Assembly (NCBI GenBank): GCA_015062385.1
Contig: SUUT01000004.1
Span: 8,433 to 72,432, forward strand
DNA length: 64,000 nt
Direction of reading: 5' to 3'
From: Alphaproteobacteria bacterium
Lineage (GTDB): Bacteria; Pseudomonadota; Alphaproteobacteria; CAAHEQ01; UBA3637
Both the position numbers and the translations under genes were made by a program. How positions within the stretch are numbered: the first letter of the stretch is position 1; each line of letters begins with the position of its first letter. Below are positions 9,318 to 20,631 of this stretch, in pieces. The notes under the pieces are model-generated. The model was not told where the DNA came from, ran no database searches, and worked only from the letters and a program-made list of their open reading frames with translations.

Positions 9318-11395
9318 TAAATTTTAACCCCCATATTTTTGGCTTTTTCATAAAGTTCATACAGTATTTGGGCTTGTTTTTCACTTGGAGGAAGAAGATA
9401 TCCTTTTGCCATTTTAGATAAAATCTCAAATTCTTTAAAACCGCAAAAAGCTCTGTTTTCATTATAAAATGTCACTAATTTTCCCCACACGCCAAAAGGA
9501 AGAGTTACCACAAAACTTTGGCGCTCTATAGTATTATCTATAGCTTGTTGTTTTTTTGCTTCTTTCTTTTCGTATTTAACAGTTTCTCTAGCAGTAGTTA
9601 TGGCATCAAACAAATAATCAGGAATATTAAAAATTAATTGCTGTATTTCTTTCCACGTATATTCACGACTGAATTTTTCACGTAAATCAGCTTCATTTTC
9701 TTGTGATTCAATATACTCTCTGATTGTGTTTATGCATATGTTAAGTACTTTTTCCAGATCTTCCGAGACATCTTGTCTATTCCATATATCGGCATAATTC
9801 AAATATGAATTTTGCTCTTTTACATATTTATACAATATTGCCAAAGCATATGCTTTAATATATGCTCTAACAGATTTTCTGCTTTTTGCCCATTCGGCAT
9901 TTTTAATAAGATTATCTGTTTTATTGGTCAGAATAATCTTAGCAATAGTTTCTTTAAAATAAGCTTCATTTATAGATAGATTATCTTTTTCTAGCATTTC
10001 TTCTATTTGCTTTGCAAATTTTGGAAAAGCTTGATTTGTTTTTGTTGACAAATACGGGGAGTTGCTGAATATCATTTCTGTCTTAGCTAACAAGTGCTTA
10101 TCAACCATTTGTTCCTTAGGATAACGCAACATAAATTCTTTTTCTTTACCATCTCGAGTATATTTGGCCTTTTCATTCAAGTATTGACCGCGAGTTCGTT
10201 CATAATACCATTTATTTTTAATTTGTTGACCACCGGACATTGGGGCCCATATTCTTTCAGAAAGCTCTTTAAATGTTTTATGGAATGGACTGTTCGAGAA
10301 AAAGTCGGATTCTTTAACCGGATTTTGACTATTGGCATATCTGGCAACTTTGCCTACAAAATCAGCATACTCTTCCTCTTTAGAAACTACGGACAATTTC
10401 ATTTGAACAAAAATATTTTTTATATCGAGTTTATTTTTATAACAATTATATATTACAGAGGTTGTTTGTCCTCCGTTCACTATTTGTAATCCGTTTAATC
10501 GAACAATTTTTAATACATTATCTTGCTTTTCAACTTCAATTGAAGATGCGGTACATGTCAACCCGTTATTATAAGCAAAAAAGCGCTCAGGTTCCTCTTT
10601 TATTGTAATCTGCATTTTTTTGTTCGTATTTCCTTTGAATTGTAAAAAGGTTCGAACATTTTGTTCTAATAATTTTTGACCATATTGATCATATATTTGA
10701 GCTAATATATCTCCAGGCATAACTACAAGATACGAGGCATAATCTTGAGCTTCTAATGAGGCAGGCAAACATAAAAGTCCTTTATCTGTATAATCGCTTA
10801 TGGACACCTCAATTTCTTGTAAATTGTTTTCTTGTGTTGATATTCTGTGTATATCTTTCAAATCAAAAACCTGAAAATCAGCTCTCAATCCTTTAATCGT
10901 TTCAAACGGAATAACTTTTGTATTTCTGGTTAATGTGCCGTTTGTAATAATTAAAAACATAATGCGTTGAATTTTACCAGAGTAAAATAATTCATATATA
11001 TACTTTGTCGATTCAACAGCCTCATCGGTAGGAGACATTATGGAATATAAGGGAGAACTTGTATTAACCGTTTCTTCAAAAAAGAGTTTCATTTTCTTAA
11101 ATTTACGTTCATACATATCCTTTGTAAGTGTTTCAATTTGTTCACCCGGAAAAAACTGACTTCCGATAATGGTCAGCAATTTACGTTCTTCATCATATGC
11201 ATAACCGGCAAATTCAATGTCTGATTGAATGTATTCACTCCAGGTGATATCTGCGACATCTCCGTCCTGCTCCAGATAACTTCCTATTTTTTGTGTAAAA
11301 ATCTGTGCTTTCGAAGCATCCTTATCTACCTGAAAATCAGTCAAAGCATCTTGGTAAAATCCTTGGTAAAAATCTTCTAATTGCATGTCTGCCAT
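9317..11395 (-). CDS. AIPR-family (abortive-infection phage-resistance) protein
   Basis: 692 aa with the central FAYNNGLT...IVNGGQTT signature of AIPR proteins. The stop overlaps the vsr start, and the start overlaps the upstream stop (TAATG). Confidence 0.7.
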   Translation of the reverse strand: MADMQLEDFYQGFYQDALTDFQVDKDASKAQIFTQKIGSYLEQDGDVADITWSEYIQSDIEFAGYAYDEERKLLTIIGSQFFPGEQIETLTKDMYERKFKKMKLFFEETVNTSSPLYSIMSPTDEAVESTKYIYELFYSGKIQRIMFLIITNGTLTRNTKVIPFETIKGLRADFQVFDLKDIHRISTQENNLQEIEVSISDYTDKGLLCLPASLEAQDYASYLVVMPGDILAQIYDQYGQKLLEQNVRTFLQFKGNTNKKMQITIKEEPERFFAYNNGLTCTASSIEVEKQDNVLKIVRLNGLQIVNGGQTTSVIYNCYKNKLDIKNIFVQMKLSVVSKEEEYADFVGKVARYANSQNPVKESDFFSNSPFHKTFKELSERIWAPMSGGQQIKNKWYYERTRGQYLNEKAKYTRDGKEKEFMLRYPKEQMVDKHLLAKTEMIFSNSPYLSTKTNQAFPKFAKQIEEMLEKDNLSINEAYFKETIAKIILTNKTDNLIKNAEWAKSRKSVRAYIKAYALAILYKYVKEQNSYLNYADIWNRQDVSEDLEKVLNICINTIREYIESQENEADLREKFSREYTWKEIQQLIFNIPDYLFDAITTARETVKYEKKEAKKQQAIDNTIERQSFVVTLPFGVWGKLVTFYNENRAFCGFKEFEILSKMAKGYLLPPSEKQAQILYELYEKAKNMGVKI

Positions 11396-11396
11396 T

Positions 11397-12350
11397 ATTT
11401 TTTCCTTTCAATCAATTCTTTGACAGCATATTTTGACATATCCGTAAAATTAATATCGTATTTCACATTTGAGATACATTCCAGAATATCTGTTACCGTT
11501 ATGCTCGGAAATTCATCGGTAACATTGTAATAAGTTACAGAAACATCTTTAACGGATACAAGGTTTTCGTATAAAAGTCCGGGTTATAACCGACCGACAA
11601 AAGTTTTTGCTCAAATACAGTAACAAGATTTTCTTTTTCGGCTCTTATTTGTTGTATTAATACGGATATAATATCCGCGAGATTGTCAGATGAGGTATCT
11701 TGAGCAAACTTATAACACACAAGAAATAAATCTTTGCTTTCTCGTGCCAGTTGCTGTTCATTCGAAATATGAACTCCGTTTTCATCATCAAAACAAGCCT
11801 TAACCTCGGCAAAAAAATCATCAAACATAAAATCTTTGTCAGCTCTTTCCGGACCTTGCCATGCTGCCAGTAATTCTTCATATGTACGAGAATATTCCGA
11901 ATGCATATATTGCAAAAATTTTAATTCCGCTATTAAGCCTATTTGGGTTCTGATATCAATTTCTTTCTTTTTCAGTCTTTGTAAGAATTTCATCCATTGT
12001 TTCATCCTTACAAACAGCGCATCTGCATATTTTTGCTTATCATCATAAACGGGGACGGATACCAGGTCTTCTCCGAAGCGATTAAAAATCTCAATATCGG
12101 CATCTTCACGCAAAGAAAGAGCAAAAACTGATTTCCCGTTCACGTCTGCTAAATTAGCATCAGCTCCGCTAAAACGAATTTGAGCAAGATCTATATGCAC
12201 AATGCCGTTAAAATTTATTGTAAGACCATACTTTCCGTTTTTCAAACAAACCCACCATATATCAGATTTAATATCTGGTGAAGCTTTAATTTTTTGTCCT
12301 TCAGATAATGATTTCCAAGGGATTGTTGTTGAATTATCATCTTTATTCAT
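11397..12350 (-). pseudogene. DUF4420-like PD-(D/E)XK protein with C-terminal frameshift (~11540-11585)
   Basis: ORF 11535-12371 stops, but a second frame stays open from ~11585 to the TAA at 11397. That frame reads ...VSVTYYNVTDEFPSITVTDILECISNVKYDINF..., a plausible family C-terminus. The shift lies in a TTTT/AAAA-rich stretch. The likely start, ATG at 12350, overlaps the Z1 stop (ATGAATAA). Confidence 0.5.
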
Positions 12351-15156
12351 ACTCATTCTCCACGTCATCACTACTTTCTTCCTGTTCTCTTATCTCTGCT
12401 CGCAATTGTTCTTGCAGTATTTTATTGTATTTAAATCCCATCAATGGATTAAATTTTGGTTTTTCAAAACTTCCGGGAAAACTAAGCGAGAAAAAAGGAA
12501 AATTCTCTTTAACCAATATTTTTTCTTTATACTTTCTATCTTCTTTACTCATATGTTCGTATAAATCAAATATATTTACAATAAGTAATGGATCATTCCT
12601 TTCGAGCCTTAGATTTTCTCGTGTTATTTCTTTAGGATACTCTTCCTTAAGTGATCCAAATTGTTCTTGTTTTTTATCTGATACAGCAAAGGATCTTTTG
12701 TCGTTCTCTAATTTATCAAAACGTGTAAACTTACAAAAAGATATATTACTCCCAGATAATTTTACTTCATTTCCATTTTGAGCATAGGGTAATACCACAC
12801 GCCAATTATGTTTTTTATTTTCTTTGATATACTTAATTAATAAATCAGAATCATTAATATTGTTAAACGATTTTGGGCATTTTTCTATTAATCCAATAAT
12901 CTTTTCTGCGGGAACATTCAACCAACGATAGCAATTTTCTGGGTCATCTGAATTATTTATTTGAGAAACTGTTTCTGGAGTCCCAAGTTGCGAAATAAAA
13001 TTTTCTGCAGTAGAAAAATAATTTGCTACTTCATCCATTTCTGAACGATTATATGTTCCTTTCTCGCGGATATGTCCATCTAAAAAGACCCCATTATCTT
13101 TATTTGCATTATACATTTTGTTTTTAGCGGTTAAAATCATTTGCGTTGCAGGATGTTGAGATACGGTAACTAAAAATTCTGTCGGAGTTTTTCCTGCTTT
13201 TTCCATACTCTTTACACAATTAACCAAGGAATTTGTTGAAATCAAGGCATTATGAAAATTATCATAATACTTTTCAGTAGTATATACTTTACATAAATCG
13301 TCATAATCACGTCTATATCCAAACCACCGCCCCATTTGTAAAAGTGTATCACACATCTTTGTATTTCTTAAAAAATAGCTCACACTGAGATTTTCTATTG
13401 TAAATCCTCTGGCTAAACTATTACCACCAACTGCTATCATATTAGTTTGGTGTTCAGAAGAATATTTAATAGATGCTTCTTTTGTATTAGACATACCGAC
13501 ATTAATACTAGCTACGATGTTTGGAAGTTCCGGAAGCATTTCATCAAAATCAGGAGTATCAAATTTTGGTGATGAAGCCCAATCACCTTCTAACATATCT
13601 TCAAAAATTTTTTCTAACGGAGCTATATATTTTAAGTATTCCGATGTTCCTTTCATCCCTGCATAATTTCTTATATTGTTTTCCAAATCCAAAAGGTATT
13701 TGGTTACTTGTTCTTTTATTGTACTATGCATATCAACCAAACAACTGACATGAATCAGCATGGAATTGTGTTTGTTTGCATATCCACGATGATTACGAAC
13801 GTATATATTAAAGATAAATAAGTTTATAGCTTCTTTAAGAGTCCTAGGTAAATCATCAACTTTATGACATGTAACACCTTTTTTCTGCTTTACCGGAAAG
13901 TATTTTTGCCAATCTTCTTTCGCTTCACCTGTATTTTCTTCCGTAAGTAATCTGATATATTCAGATTCTTCAGCGTTTTCAGGACCGAAAACTTTTTGTG
14001 GACCGAAATAATTATCAGGAGAAACCAGAGAAATAATAAAATCACTGGGATACAAATCTCTATCTTCTGAATTTTCCGCAAGCATAGGATCTATAAAAAT
14101 GTTTGCAAACGGAGTTGCTGTAAAACCTACATAAGCACTCTTTTTGAAGTTTTTTAAAACTGATCTTATTTTTTTATTTATTGCCGTTACTTCATCATAT
14201 TCTTTCTTTGTGTTAACAGATGCATTATCAGCTTCATCATCAATCAATAATAAAGATTTTTCAGACAAATCTTTACCGTCCAACCATTCAATAAGACGTT
14301 GCAGCACTGTCGTATTTTTTTTGATTACAAAAACAAGCGGAGATGTGGTATTATTTAAATTCGTTTGGTTTTGAGCTCTGCTTGAAGTAGTCTTAAAATC
14401 TCCGCTCATACGTTCGTTTGTCATGGCAAATGGTCTGAGCCTTTCCAGCTCACTCTTATCTTGCCCTCTATAATCTGTAACTGTTCCTTCGGTACAAGGT
14501 TTTTCTGGGATTTTTTCCGGTTCATCTCTATTTAAATCCGTCAGTCCTACAAAACCGCAGTTTATGCGAAATTGAGTTTGTTTTCTTAATAGAGAGGATA
14601 TACCAGCGATTATAATAATAATTTTGTATCCGGCATCAGCCGCTTTTGCTACAAGCGCAGAATAATTTGCCGTTTTACCGGATTGAACCGAACCGATAAC
14701 CATACCGCGACGCGTTATTATATCTCTAATATCCGGATTGGTCGGATCAAAAAGATAATTCATTACTTTATCACTTCTTTCATCAATCCGTTCAATAACA
14801 TCAGCTGGTAATTTGTCTTTTTTCAAAAGATACTCTTTATAGGAATTCCAATAATAATTCCTGCCATCTTTTTCACGAGTTTCAGCTGAGTCAGTCCACC
14901 AAGTGGATTTAATTCTTGTTTCAAATAATTCTGAATCCTCATCAGTCATGGTTACAGCATAAAAATGTAATAACTCTGATACTGCTCTTAAAGCATCCTC
15001 ATCAGATATAGTTATATTATGTCTTTTTTTATATCTATCCCTTGTATCTTGGACGACATTTTTTATATCCGCTTCCGTTATACTGGTTACATCTGTGAAA
15101 TTAAATGTTATTTCGGCTTTTACCAGATTTACGAAATTTTCATAATCGCTAGTCAT
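12343..15156 (-). CDS. Z1-domain P-loop NTPase
   Basis: Walker A GSVQSGKTANY and Walker B LLIDDEADNAS in a ~940-aa protein. Its context between GHKL and DUF4420/AIPR genes is typical for Z1. The probable start, ATG at 15156, overlaps the upstream stop (ATGACTAG). Confidence 0.65.
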   Translation of the reverse strand: MTSDYENFVNLVKAEITFNFTDVTSITEADIKNVVQDTRDRYKKRHNITISDEDALRAVSELLHFYAVTMTDEDSELFETRIKSTWWTDSAETREKDGRNYYWNSYKEYLLKKDKLPADVIERIDERSDKVMNYLFDPTNPDIRDIITRRGMVIGSVQSGKTANYSALVAKAADAGYKIIIIIAGISSLLRKQTQFRINCGFVGLTDLNRDEPEKIPEKPCTEGTVTDYRGQDKSELERLRPFAMTNERMSGDFKTTSSRAQNQTNLNNTTSPLVFVIKKNTTVLQRLIEWLDGKDLSEKSLLLIDDEADNASVNTKKEYDEVTAINKKIRSVLKNFKKSAYVGFTATPFANIFIDPMLAENSEDRDLYPSDFIISLVSPDNYFGPQKVFGPENAEESEYIRLLTEENTGEAKEDWQKYFPVKQKKGVTCHKVDDLPRTLKEAINLFIFNIYVRNHRGYANKHNSMLIHVSCLVDMHSTIKEQVTKYLLDLENNIRNYAGMKGTSEYLKYIAPLEKIFEDMLEGDWASSPKFDTPDFDEMLPELPNIVASINVGMSNTKEASIKYSSEHQTNMIAVGGNSLARGFTIENLSVSYFLRNTKMCDTLLQMGRWFGYRRDYDDLCKVYTTEKYYDNFHNALISTNSLVNCVKSMEKAGKTPTEFLVTVSQHPATQMILTAKNKMYNANKDNGVFLDGHIREKGTYNRSEMDEVANYFSTAENFISQLGTPETVSQINNSDDPENCYRWLNVPAEKIIGLIEKCPKSFNNINDSDLLIKYIKENKKHNWRVVLPYAQNGNEVKLSGSNISFCKFTRFDKLENDKRSFAVSDKKQEQFGSLKEEYPKEITRENLRLERNDPLLIVNIFDLYEHMSKEDRKYKEKILVKENFPFFSLSFPGSFEKPKFNPLMGFKYNKILQEQLRAEIREQEESSDDVENEYE

Positions 15157-16630
15157 ATATTTCTCCAAGCTTTTTATCAATTAAATTTTCGGCATTAACA
15201 TAGTATTCATCTGCCAAAAGTATTTTTCTGACTGTTTCTTTATCTTTTCCCATGTTTTTGTATTCAGTAATTTCTTCCACCAAAATATTTTCATCTACGG
15301 TTCTTTCTTTGACCGAATACGGATCTGTCGTCATCAGGGAGTGTAATTGTTCCTTCGGATAGCATTCCTCGAGACAAGCCAGATATCCTTTCAGACGCTG
15401 TTTTTGTTCAGTAGTCATGTTTTCGATTAATGCTTTATACCGCGGATGCTCTTCATTAATTCTGAATTCGGAAGTATCATTAAATATAACTTCCTTCCAG
15501 TAGCATTCTTTTGTTTTCTTGGAAACTATACCAGAAGCTTTATGTACCTTTTTTGATTTATCAATCGGGACGTTTATGTAATGGGATAAAATTTTTCGGA
15601 TTTCCAAATTCGGAAAAGCCGTAGATTTTTTAACATCTATTTTCCATTCTTGATCCTGATAAACATCAACATCTATTCTTATTCGGACAAGATTGGATGC
15701 GTCCTTAATGCAAGATAAACCGAACCATGTACCGTAAATCAGTAAGCGGCCTTGTCTGTATAAATAAAACCCTTGTGATCTGGTAAAACCTTCAGTAGTA
15801 GCCAATTCTTTATATTCACTTTGGGAGAGTTTATTCAGAGGCGGGAGGATGTAAGGAGTAACAGAGAGGCTCGTACCGTTAGATAATGTGTATTCATCGG
15901 TTTGAGCCTGCATTCCGGATCGGGCTGTATTTTTATTTTTGGATGTAAAAGGATCAAACGGGTCAATTCTTGTATTATTAAAATACAATTTAACCATTTG
16001 ACCGTTAAATCCGGGAAAACCTAAATATCTGTGAAAAGTTAAAGCCAAATGCTTCCTGGCATTTTTCAGTTCTTCATCAAACTCTTCTTCAGAATACCTG
16101 TCTATTTTTTCCCATAAAATCAGTGAAGCATGCTGTGTAGAATAAAATTCTTCAAATATTTGCGGGCTCATTTCATCCAGTTTGGATTTTAAATCATCAA
16201 CGGATGCTTTTTGTAACAACCAGTCATCTTTTTGAGAAAGGAAGTCCAAATCCCACGTATATCCCGAAATTGTTTGGTCACATTTTGAAAATACCGTTAA
16301 TCGCTTGCATTGTGAAAAAGAAGCTGTTTTTAACCCTAAACCGAAACGCCCCAAATCATTTTTAGCCCTGGTTTCCTTTTGTGTTCCTAAACGCATGGCT
16401 TCCTTAAGCATATCATCCGACATGCCTGTTCCATCATCAATAATAACGAGTTTATCAGTAGAAGGTAACGCATATATTTTAATGTTTTCAGCATTGGCAG
16501 AAATGCTGTTATCAATTAAATCTGCTAAAGCAGTTTCAAAGGAATATCCTATATCTCTCAGGGAAGAAAGAAACACCGAAAGTATCGGGCGTATGGTCAG
16601 ATTGTCAGAAGTAGTATCTTTATTTGTCAT
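15149..16630 (-). CDS. GHKL (HATPase_c_3 / MutL-MORC-like) ATPase
   Basis: Bergerat-fold motifs are ALADLIDNSISANA (N box) and IIDDGTGMS (G1), followed by GRFGLGLKTAS. Confidence 0.8.
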   Translation of the reverse strand: MTNKDTTSDNLTIRPILSVFLSSLRDIGYSFETALADLIDNSISANAENIKIYALPSTDKLVIIDDGTGMSDDMLKEAMRLGTQKETRAKNDLGRFGLGLKTASFSQCKRLTVFSKCDQTISGYTWDLDFLSQKDDWLLQKASVDDLKSKLDEMSPQIFEEFYSTQHASLILWEKIDRYSEEEFDEELKNARKHLALTFHRYLGFPGFNGQMVKLYFNNTRIDPFDPFTSKNKNTARSGMQAQTDEYTLSNGTSLSVTPYILPPLNKLSQSEYKELATTEGFTRSQGFYLYRQGRLLIYGTWFGLSCIKDASNLVRIRIDVDVYQDQEWKIDVKKSTAFPNLEIRKILSHYINVPIDKSKKVHKASGIVSKKTKECYWKEVIFNDTSEFRINEEHPRYKALIENMTTEQKQRLKGYLACLEECYPKEQLHSLMTTDPYSVKERTVDENILVEEITEYKNMGKDKETVRKILLADEYYVNAENLIDKKLGEIYD

Positions 16631-16841
16631 TAGTTGCTCATTATTTTTTAATCAGAATACATATTATTCTATATTATACGAAATCAAAAAGCAAGGAATA
16701 AATCAGAAAAATCAAGAAGGTAACTGGGAATTTGTTGAGGATTTTCTAAGCTATTGTCTTAATATGATTTTTCTGTTTTAGAGTATGGGGTGTGTTTTTC
16801 TAAATGATTTCAGATACATAAAATAGGGCCTATTTTCCAAA

Positions 16842-16945
16842 GTGACCAGCTAGAAGTGGCCAGTGACCAGCCAGAATTTTTTATACCCCATTATAACCCT
16901 TGTGTTTATTGGGGGGTGGGATATACCCGACCAGCCAGAATTTTT
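16842..16945 (+). repeat. Short direct repeats (GTGACCAGC x2; GACCAGCCAGAATTTTT x2)
   Basis: GTGACCAGC occurs at 16842 and 16863. GACCAGCCAGAATTTTT occurs at 16865 and 16929, each followed by ATACCC. Confidence 0.6.
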
Positions 16946-17071
16946 CTGTTTCGCTAGAAATATGGCGCGGCTTGCATCCCCGCATATGGTCTATCGACAG
17001 GAAGGACCCGTTGGCATTTTTACCCCCTAAAAAGGAGTGACTATCTATACCCAACTGGCAGTTATGGTCAT

Positions 17072-17210
17072 GTTAGTATGATACTATCCGCCAAAATCGG
17101 GCAAAATATGAGATAGTATGTAGATACTATGATACTATCCGTTAATTTGGCGAAAAACCAGAGATACTATCTTGTTAGTATCATACTATCCTTAAACTCA
17201 GAAACTATCG
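17072..17210. promoter_or_regulatory. Iteron-like cluster (>=8 copies of (G/C)ATACTATC in both orientations)
   Basis: Direct copies start at 17080, 17123, 17131, 17163 and 17182, with a degenerate one at 17202. Inverted copies start at 17072, 17112 and 17174. The cluster lies immediately 3' of the Rep-like gene. Confidence 0.6.
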
Positions 17211-17254
17211 CTAATTTGGTATTTGGAATAGGGCAGATTTGTTTATCACCTCCT

Positions 17255-18046
17255 TTACAAATATTCGCCGGTTTTGTGGGTGTGGCACAGGGCAAAGTGC
17301 CAACCGTCCAGTTTCTTACCGCTTCGTTCACACCAACCGTTAGCTACGTAATAACTATAAAAGCCTTCTAGGTTGATATGGATGTTCTTTTCGGCCACAT
17401 ACCGTTCTAACTCTGTCCAGTCCGGTGGTAGTTGTGTGAAGTGATACTTGAACTTTGCGCCCACTCCTAATCCTTGCCGAGCCAAAACATTACTAAGCTC
17501 AACTAAACCACCGCCGGTTCGTTTTTGTTCAAAAATCTCACGTCCGACTAATTTCTTTTCATTATTTACATTATTACCTTGTTTTCTTTCTTCAGTCGTT
17601 GGCGGATAATCGGCGATTAAATGGCTATCATCCAGCGAACAAGTGGCGGTGGGGTCTGGCGTAATATCCTTAAAGCCCTGATATTTATTATAGTTAATGA
17701 GCCTGACAAGTGTGGCACATCCGATACGCGTTGTTGTAATATCATTGGTGCGTTTCAGTTTGTTGAGCAGTCGTCTGATTTGCTCCTTGGATTTATCCAA
17801 AGTTTCGGCCAATCTCATATGGCTAATGACGACTTCACCCCGATGAACGATAATATCCTTAAAGGGCTTATCTTTGAAATTTGCCGTCAGCATCAGGTGG
17901 ATATATAGTTACAAAACATTTGCGTCCGAATACCAATGCCAATCTTGAAAATCGCGGTAGAACTTAATAAATCCACCTTTAACAACTTCCTTTTTGTTAG
18001 AAGACAAAGAGGTATTGTCAGACTTATGGTGTATCATATCTGTCAT
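17255..18046 (-). pseudogene. Phage/plasmid replication-organiser-like DNA-binding protein with one in-frame TAA (17909-17911)
   Basis: The ATG at 18046 (AGGAG RBS) opens 45 codons ending ...GFIKFYRDFQDWHWYSDANVL. A TAA follows, and the same frame continues LYIHLMLTANFKDKPF... into track ORF 17255-17893. The joined N-terminus matches the GFIK.hR....W.WY.D.N...f.hLLl.AN pattern of replisome-organiser proteins. Confidence 0.55.
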
Positions 18047-18077
18047 GAGAAAACTCCTGTCTTAAATTTCCGTGAAG

Positions 18078-19679
18078 TTATATTTTTTTGCGTTGTTTGA
18101 CCCAAATTGGTGGAATTTCCTCTTTTAAGATAAAGTCTGCCGGTTGAGTGCCTGCCAAAACGGATTTAATAATATCCGGCGCCAATGAAGTTAAACGAAG
18201 AATACGTCCCAAATAACCGGCATCCAGTTCTTCATGTAACGATAGTTCGGCAATAGTCATTCGACCGGAGGTTAATATCTTTTGATACTTAAACGCTTTG
18301 GAAAGGGCTTTGATAAGCTCTTTATTTGGACAAGAGTTTTGAATTAATGCTTCCGGAACTGTCACCTGTAATACACCATGCGTTCTGGAAAGAGGGACAT
18401 CTATCGTCATAACGCCATCTTTGGTTTGAGGAGCGTATTTATCCGGTAAAATATCCAGCGCCAAAGCAGTCCATTTGATTTCCAAATTATCACATTGAAC
18501 GGTAATGTTTTCAATTAACTCTTTGACTAAAAGTGATTTATCAAGTTCGCTCATCTTTGCCAAGACCTTTTCGGGATGTTGCATAATCTTAAACAGCTCT
18601 TTGGTTTTGTTGGGTGCAATTTGCTTGATAAGTCCGTTTAGAATATGTGCATCTTTTAACATTGGTGTGATAATTTGTATAATTGCTTCATCAAGAACAG
18701 CCACCGCCACCGAACCATTATGACAAGTATGATAGCCGTAGTATTTGACTTTGGTCGAGGTGTAATAATAACGCCTGCGACCATGTCCCATACTGACAGT
18801 TGGTGTCATTCTGGTATGGCAACAACCACAAGTTAAAATGCCACGCAAAATGCCGACTTCGTTTTTCTTGTACAAGCAAGAGCGTTTGGCCACATCTTTA
18901 CTGGCTCTGATTTCGGCAACTTTATCAAATGTGTCTTAATCTATAATGGCCGGGTGTTGTCCATCATACAGTTCATTTTTGTGTTTGACTTTGCCAAGGT
19001 AAACCGGATTTTTGAGTAAGCGTTTTATCATCTCTCGGCGGTATTCTATACCGTATTTATCTTTGACAAGCTTGCAAACTGCGGTAATGGATTTATGTTT
19101 TAGGTAACTTTCAAACATAAAGCGTATCATTTCGCCTTCTTCCGGTTTAATTTTGAGCTTTTTGTTGATAGCAATATAACCGGTCGGAACAGCACCGCCC
19201 ATCCACATACCTTTCTTTTTAGAGGCTGCGACTTTATCGCGAATACGCTTACCGCTGACTTCACGTTCAAACTGAGCAAATGAAAGTAAGATATTGAGCA
19301 TCAAACGGCCCATGCTGTCAGCAGTGTTGAAATTTTGTGTTACCGATACAAATGAGCAGTTGTTCTTTTCCAATATCTCAATCATTTTAGAAAAGTCAGT
19401 TAATGACCTGGTTAACCGGTCTATTTTGTAAACGACAATCATATCAACTTTGCCGGCATTGATGTCTTCTAACAGGCACTCTAAGGCAGGTCTATTCATA
19501 TTACCGCCGGAAAAACCTCCGTCATCATAATGTTCCGGAATGATTTTCCAACCTTGATGTTTCTGACTTAATACATAATTTTCACCGGCTTCACGCTGAG
19601 CTTCTAATGTATTAAACTCTTTATCCAACCCTTCTTCGGTTGATTTTCGGGTATAAATGGCACAACGAACTTCTTTCAT
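18078..19679 (-). pseudogene. Large serine recombinase with one in-frame TAA (18936-18938)
   Basis: The N-terminal resolvase domain has AIYTRKSTEEG and VYKIDRLTRS. The sequence ...GQHPAIID is followed by TAA, then the same frame continues DTFDKVAEIRASKDVAKRSCLYKK...CGCCHTRM (recombinase/zinc-ribbon domains). Frame continuity was checked codon by codon. Confidence 0.85.
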
Positions 19680-19681
19680 GG

Positions 19682-20083
19682 CTACACTCCAAAAAATTCT
19701 TTGCCGGAGATTTTCCGACCAGTTATTTCCAAAGCGATAGCCGATAAAGATTTATAAACCTGACCATCAAACTCAAAACCATCTTTCAACACATGCAGAC
19801 GATAAACATTCCCTTTGAACCGTTTGATAAGTTCTGTGCCAACGGGCAAATAAGTTGCATTATCGGGTTCATCATCCATTGTTTCAAGCAGGTGTTTGGT
19901 TGCACTGTCTAATCCGCCAAAGTGCAGTTCTTGCAATCTGTTTGTGACACGCCAGATAAAAAAGGATTTGCGAGTGGCCTTTGTCGGAAGAGAGAAAAGC
20001 TCAATATAGAGTTTGTATAACTCATCAAAATCTAATTGTGGTATGTTTTCCAAAGGAATGTCTAAATTAATATTTCTGGCCAT
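19682..20083 (-). CDS. DUF2924-family protein (usual partner of large serine recombinases)
   Basis: ...GTELIKRFKGNVYRLHVLKDGFEFDGQVYKSLSAIALEITGRKISGKEFFGV matches the DUF2924 C-terminus. The ATG at 20083 has a strong AAGGAGG RBS. The gene ends 2 nt before the recombinase start. Confidence 0.7.
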   Translation of the reverse strand: MARNINLDIPLENIPQLDFDELYKLYIELFSLPTKATRKSFFIWRVTNRLQELHFGGLDSATKHLLETMDDEPDNATYLPVGTELIKRFKGNVYRLHVLKDGFEFDGQVYKSLSAIALEITGRKISGKEFFGV

Positions 20084-20631
20084 TTGTGCCTCCTTTTGTT
20101 TGACAATGAATGCTTGCTTTTGAAACAATATCAAGTGATTTTTCGGGATTTTTCGATAAATCTTTGGGTGCTGTTTCGTTTAAGATTTCGGCCACCGCTG
20201 TTTTTAACAGTTCTATGATTTCATTCATGGTTTTATCCTTTCATAAAGTTCCTTACATACAGAACAAGTCAAAAAATCGAAAAATCGTTCTCACTTTTTT
20301 CAATTTTTTTTGTTTGCCTGACATAGGGTAAAAATCCATGAGTGGGGAAAATATTACCATGTAGAGTACATATTTTTTAATATTTTTGATAAGTCGTTGT
20401 TTTTCAAAGAATATTTTTTTCATAATTTTACCTTTCACTTAAAAATTATTTTCTTGTTGCATAAGGTAAAAAGCCCGGAGCTCGATTTTTCGTACTCAAA
20501 AAATGCAAAATTTTTCAACTTTTTTATAATGTATTGATTTTGAAGAAATATTTTCATCCGGGTTTTTATCTTTCTTTGATGTGAAAGGTTTGTTTTTCCC
20601 TTCCACCAAAAGGTAAATTCCCGAGGAAATC

